Below, piece by piece: positions 62,889 through 64,000 of a stretch of DNA of 64,000 bases; the stretch's first letter is position 1; every line of letters begins with the position of its first letter. The stretch is taken from assembly GCF_026571515.1 (NCBI RefSeq), contig NW_026862878.1, positions 1 to 64,000 on the forward strand. Direction: 5' to 3'. Both the position numbers and the translations under genes were made by a program. This stretch comes from Ruditapes philippinarum. Its lineage: Eukaryota. Under the pieces are notes generated by a model. That model did not search any database. It saw nothing but the letters and a program-made list of their open reading frames with translations, and was not told the origin of the DNA.

Positions 62889-64000
62889 ACTGATATGACC
62901 GTGGTACTGCTTTACTGAGGAAATGCCGAGACCATCTTTGCATATTACATGTATATTCATTACATAAATTAATGTAAAGAGTAATGAGGATTACAATATT
63001 ATTTAATGGCAGCCGATGCACAACTTATTCGTAGTTGCCTGAGCGTGTATGTACTATTATTTGACTATTTGTCATTCATTTCTGAGACCGAGGGGTACAA
63101 GGTAAACATCAAAATGTTCCGGATGTCGTGCATTTGAAATAAAAATCGATATATTGAGGACTCGTAACTTTGGGAAAATATGTTCAACATGATAAAGGTT
63201 TATTTGTTTTTTTTTTTTTTGTTTTTGTTTTTTTTTTGCAAACGACCGACTTCCAAAAAGTTTGTGTTTGGTGCGTTTTATCCATTATAACTTAACGAAG
63301 ATAAAATTTATTGATTTATGATTAATATCATTTAAATTCAGTATAAGCAAGCAGATAATAGAATGTTGATACATTGTGTACTTTGGTTGGGTTTTAATAT
63401 CAACTTTGTTGATAAGAGACCACTTCTGTCCTTAGTGTACGTATTATTTCAGGAACGAGCGTGTCATCGGCCTTCCAAGAATGCGCGTGTCTCAAAACAA
63501 GAAACACAAAATTTACTGCTGGAATAAGGAAAAGAAGCCTGCATATCACAGCCAATCATTTAAAGTCAAATTAAAAAAGCAACATATTTTAGGAGCGATT
63601 TAATATTTTTAAATTTAAATTAAAGTTATTTTTAAACGGTTACTAAAACAAATCCCTTTAAGAAAATCGCTATATTGTAGAAAGCAAAACTCCAAGAAAA
63701 GACTTAATATACATGTTTCTCCATTTTATAACCTAACTATATTCTTTAACACTCCATCAGTACCATCAACAGTAATGTCTTTGTTAACACGACGTCTATA
63801 TCTTGAATAATTAAATTTATCAATTAAAATAAATCTTTAAGGAACATCATGCTTTTTTTTTGCATGATATCCTTTTTTAAATTTTAAATCTTGAGAACTT
63901 TTCAAGGAACTTTGTAGTTATCTTATCAAAGAGTACACGTGGGTTTTCATCTGTTGTAAAAAGTTAAACGTTTGACGTCATTTAAACTCACCAACACCGA

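Overview
AT-rich eukaryotic (spliced-gene) genomic DNA, most likely from a bivalve mollusc. This is inferred from the C1qDC expansion and from the Meta-type SINEs and Helentron-like repeats. From left to right: (1) a degenerate tandem repeat and a LINE 3' remnant; (2) the 3' exons of a minus-strand SLC16/monocarboxylate-type MFS transporter; (3) about 2.6 kb of N-gaps and homopolymer noise, an assembly artefact; (4) a ~37 kb tandem array of four ~9.3-10.1 kb units, each carrying a two-coding-exon secreted coiled-coil + C1q-domain gene. Three of these genes are intact (247 aa) and the fourth is frameshifted. Amino-acid variation is concentrated in four loop patches, and the units are mosaics of one another; (5) head-to-head with the array, a two-coding-exon gene for a ~1760-aa DEAH-box RNA helicase fused to RRM/KH-like domains and a complete RBR E3 ligase (plant DEAH11/12-type architecture), preceded by a cluster of NF-kB and IRF motifs; (6) many non-autonomous DNA elements. 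One is an unusual 629-bp TIR element carrying two inward-facing tRNA-like Pol III units, and another is a Tc1/mariner-type MITE inserted into a minisatellite. The most interesting candidate is the helicase-RBR gene as an immune-inducible RNA-sensing ubiquitin ligase, sitting beside a diversifying C1q pattern-recognition array.
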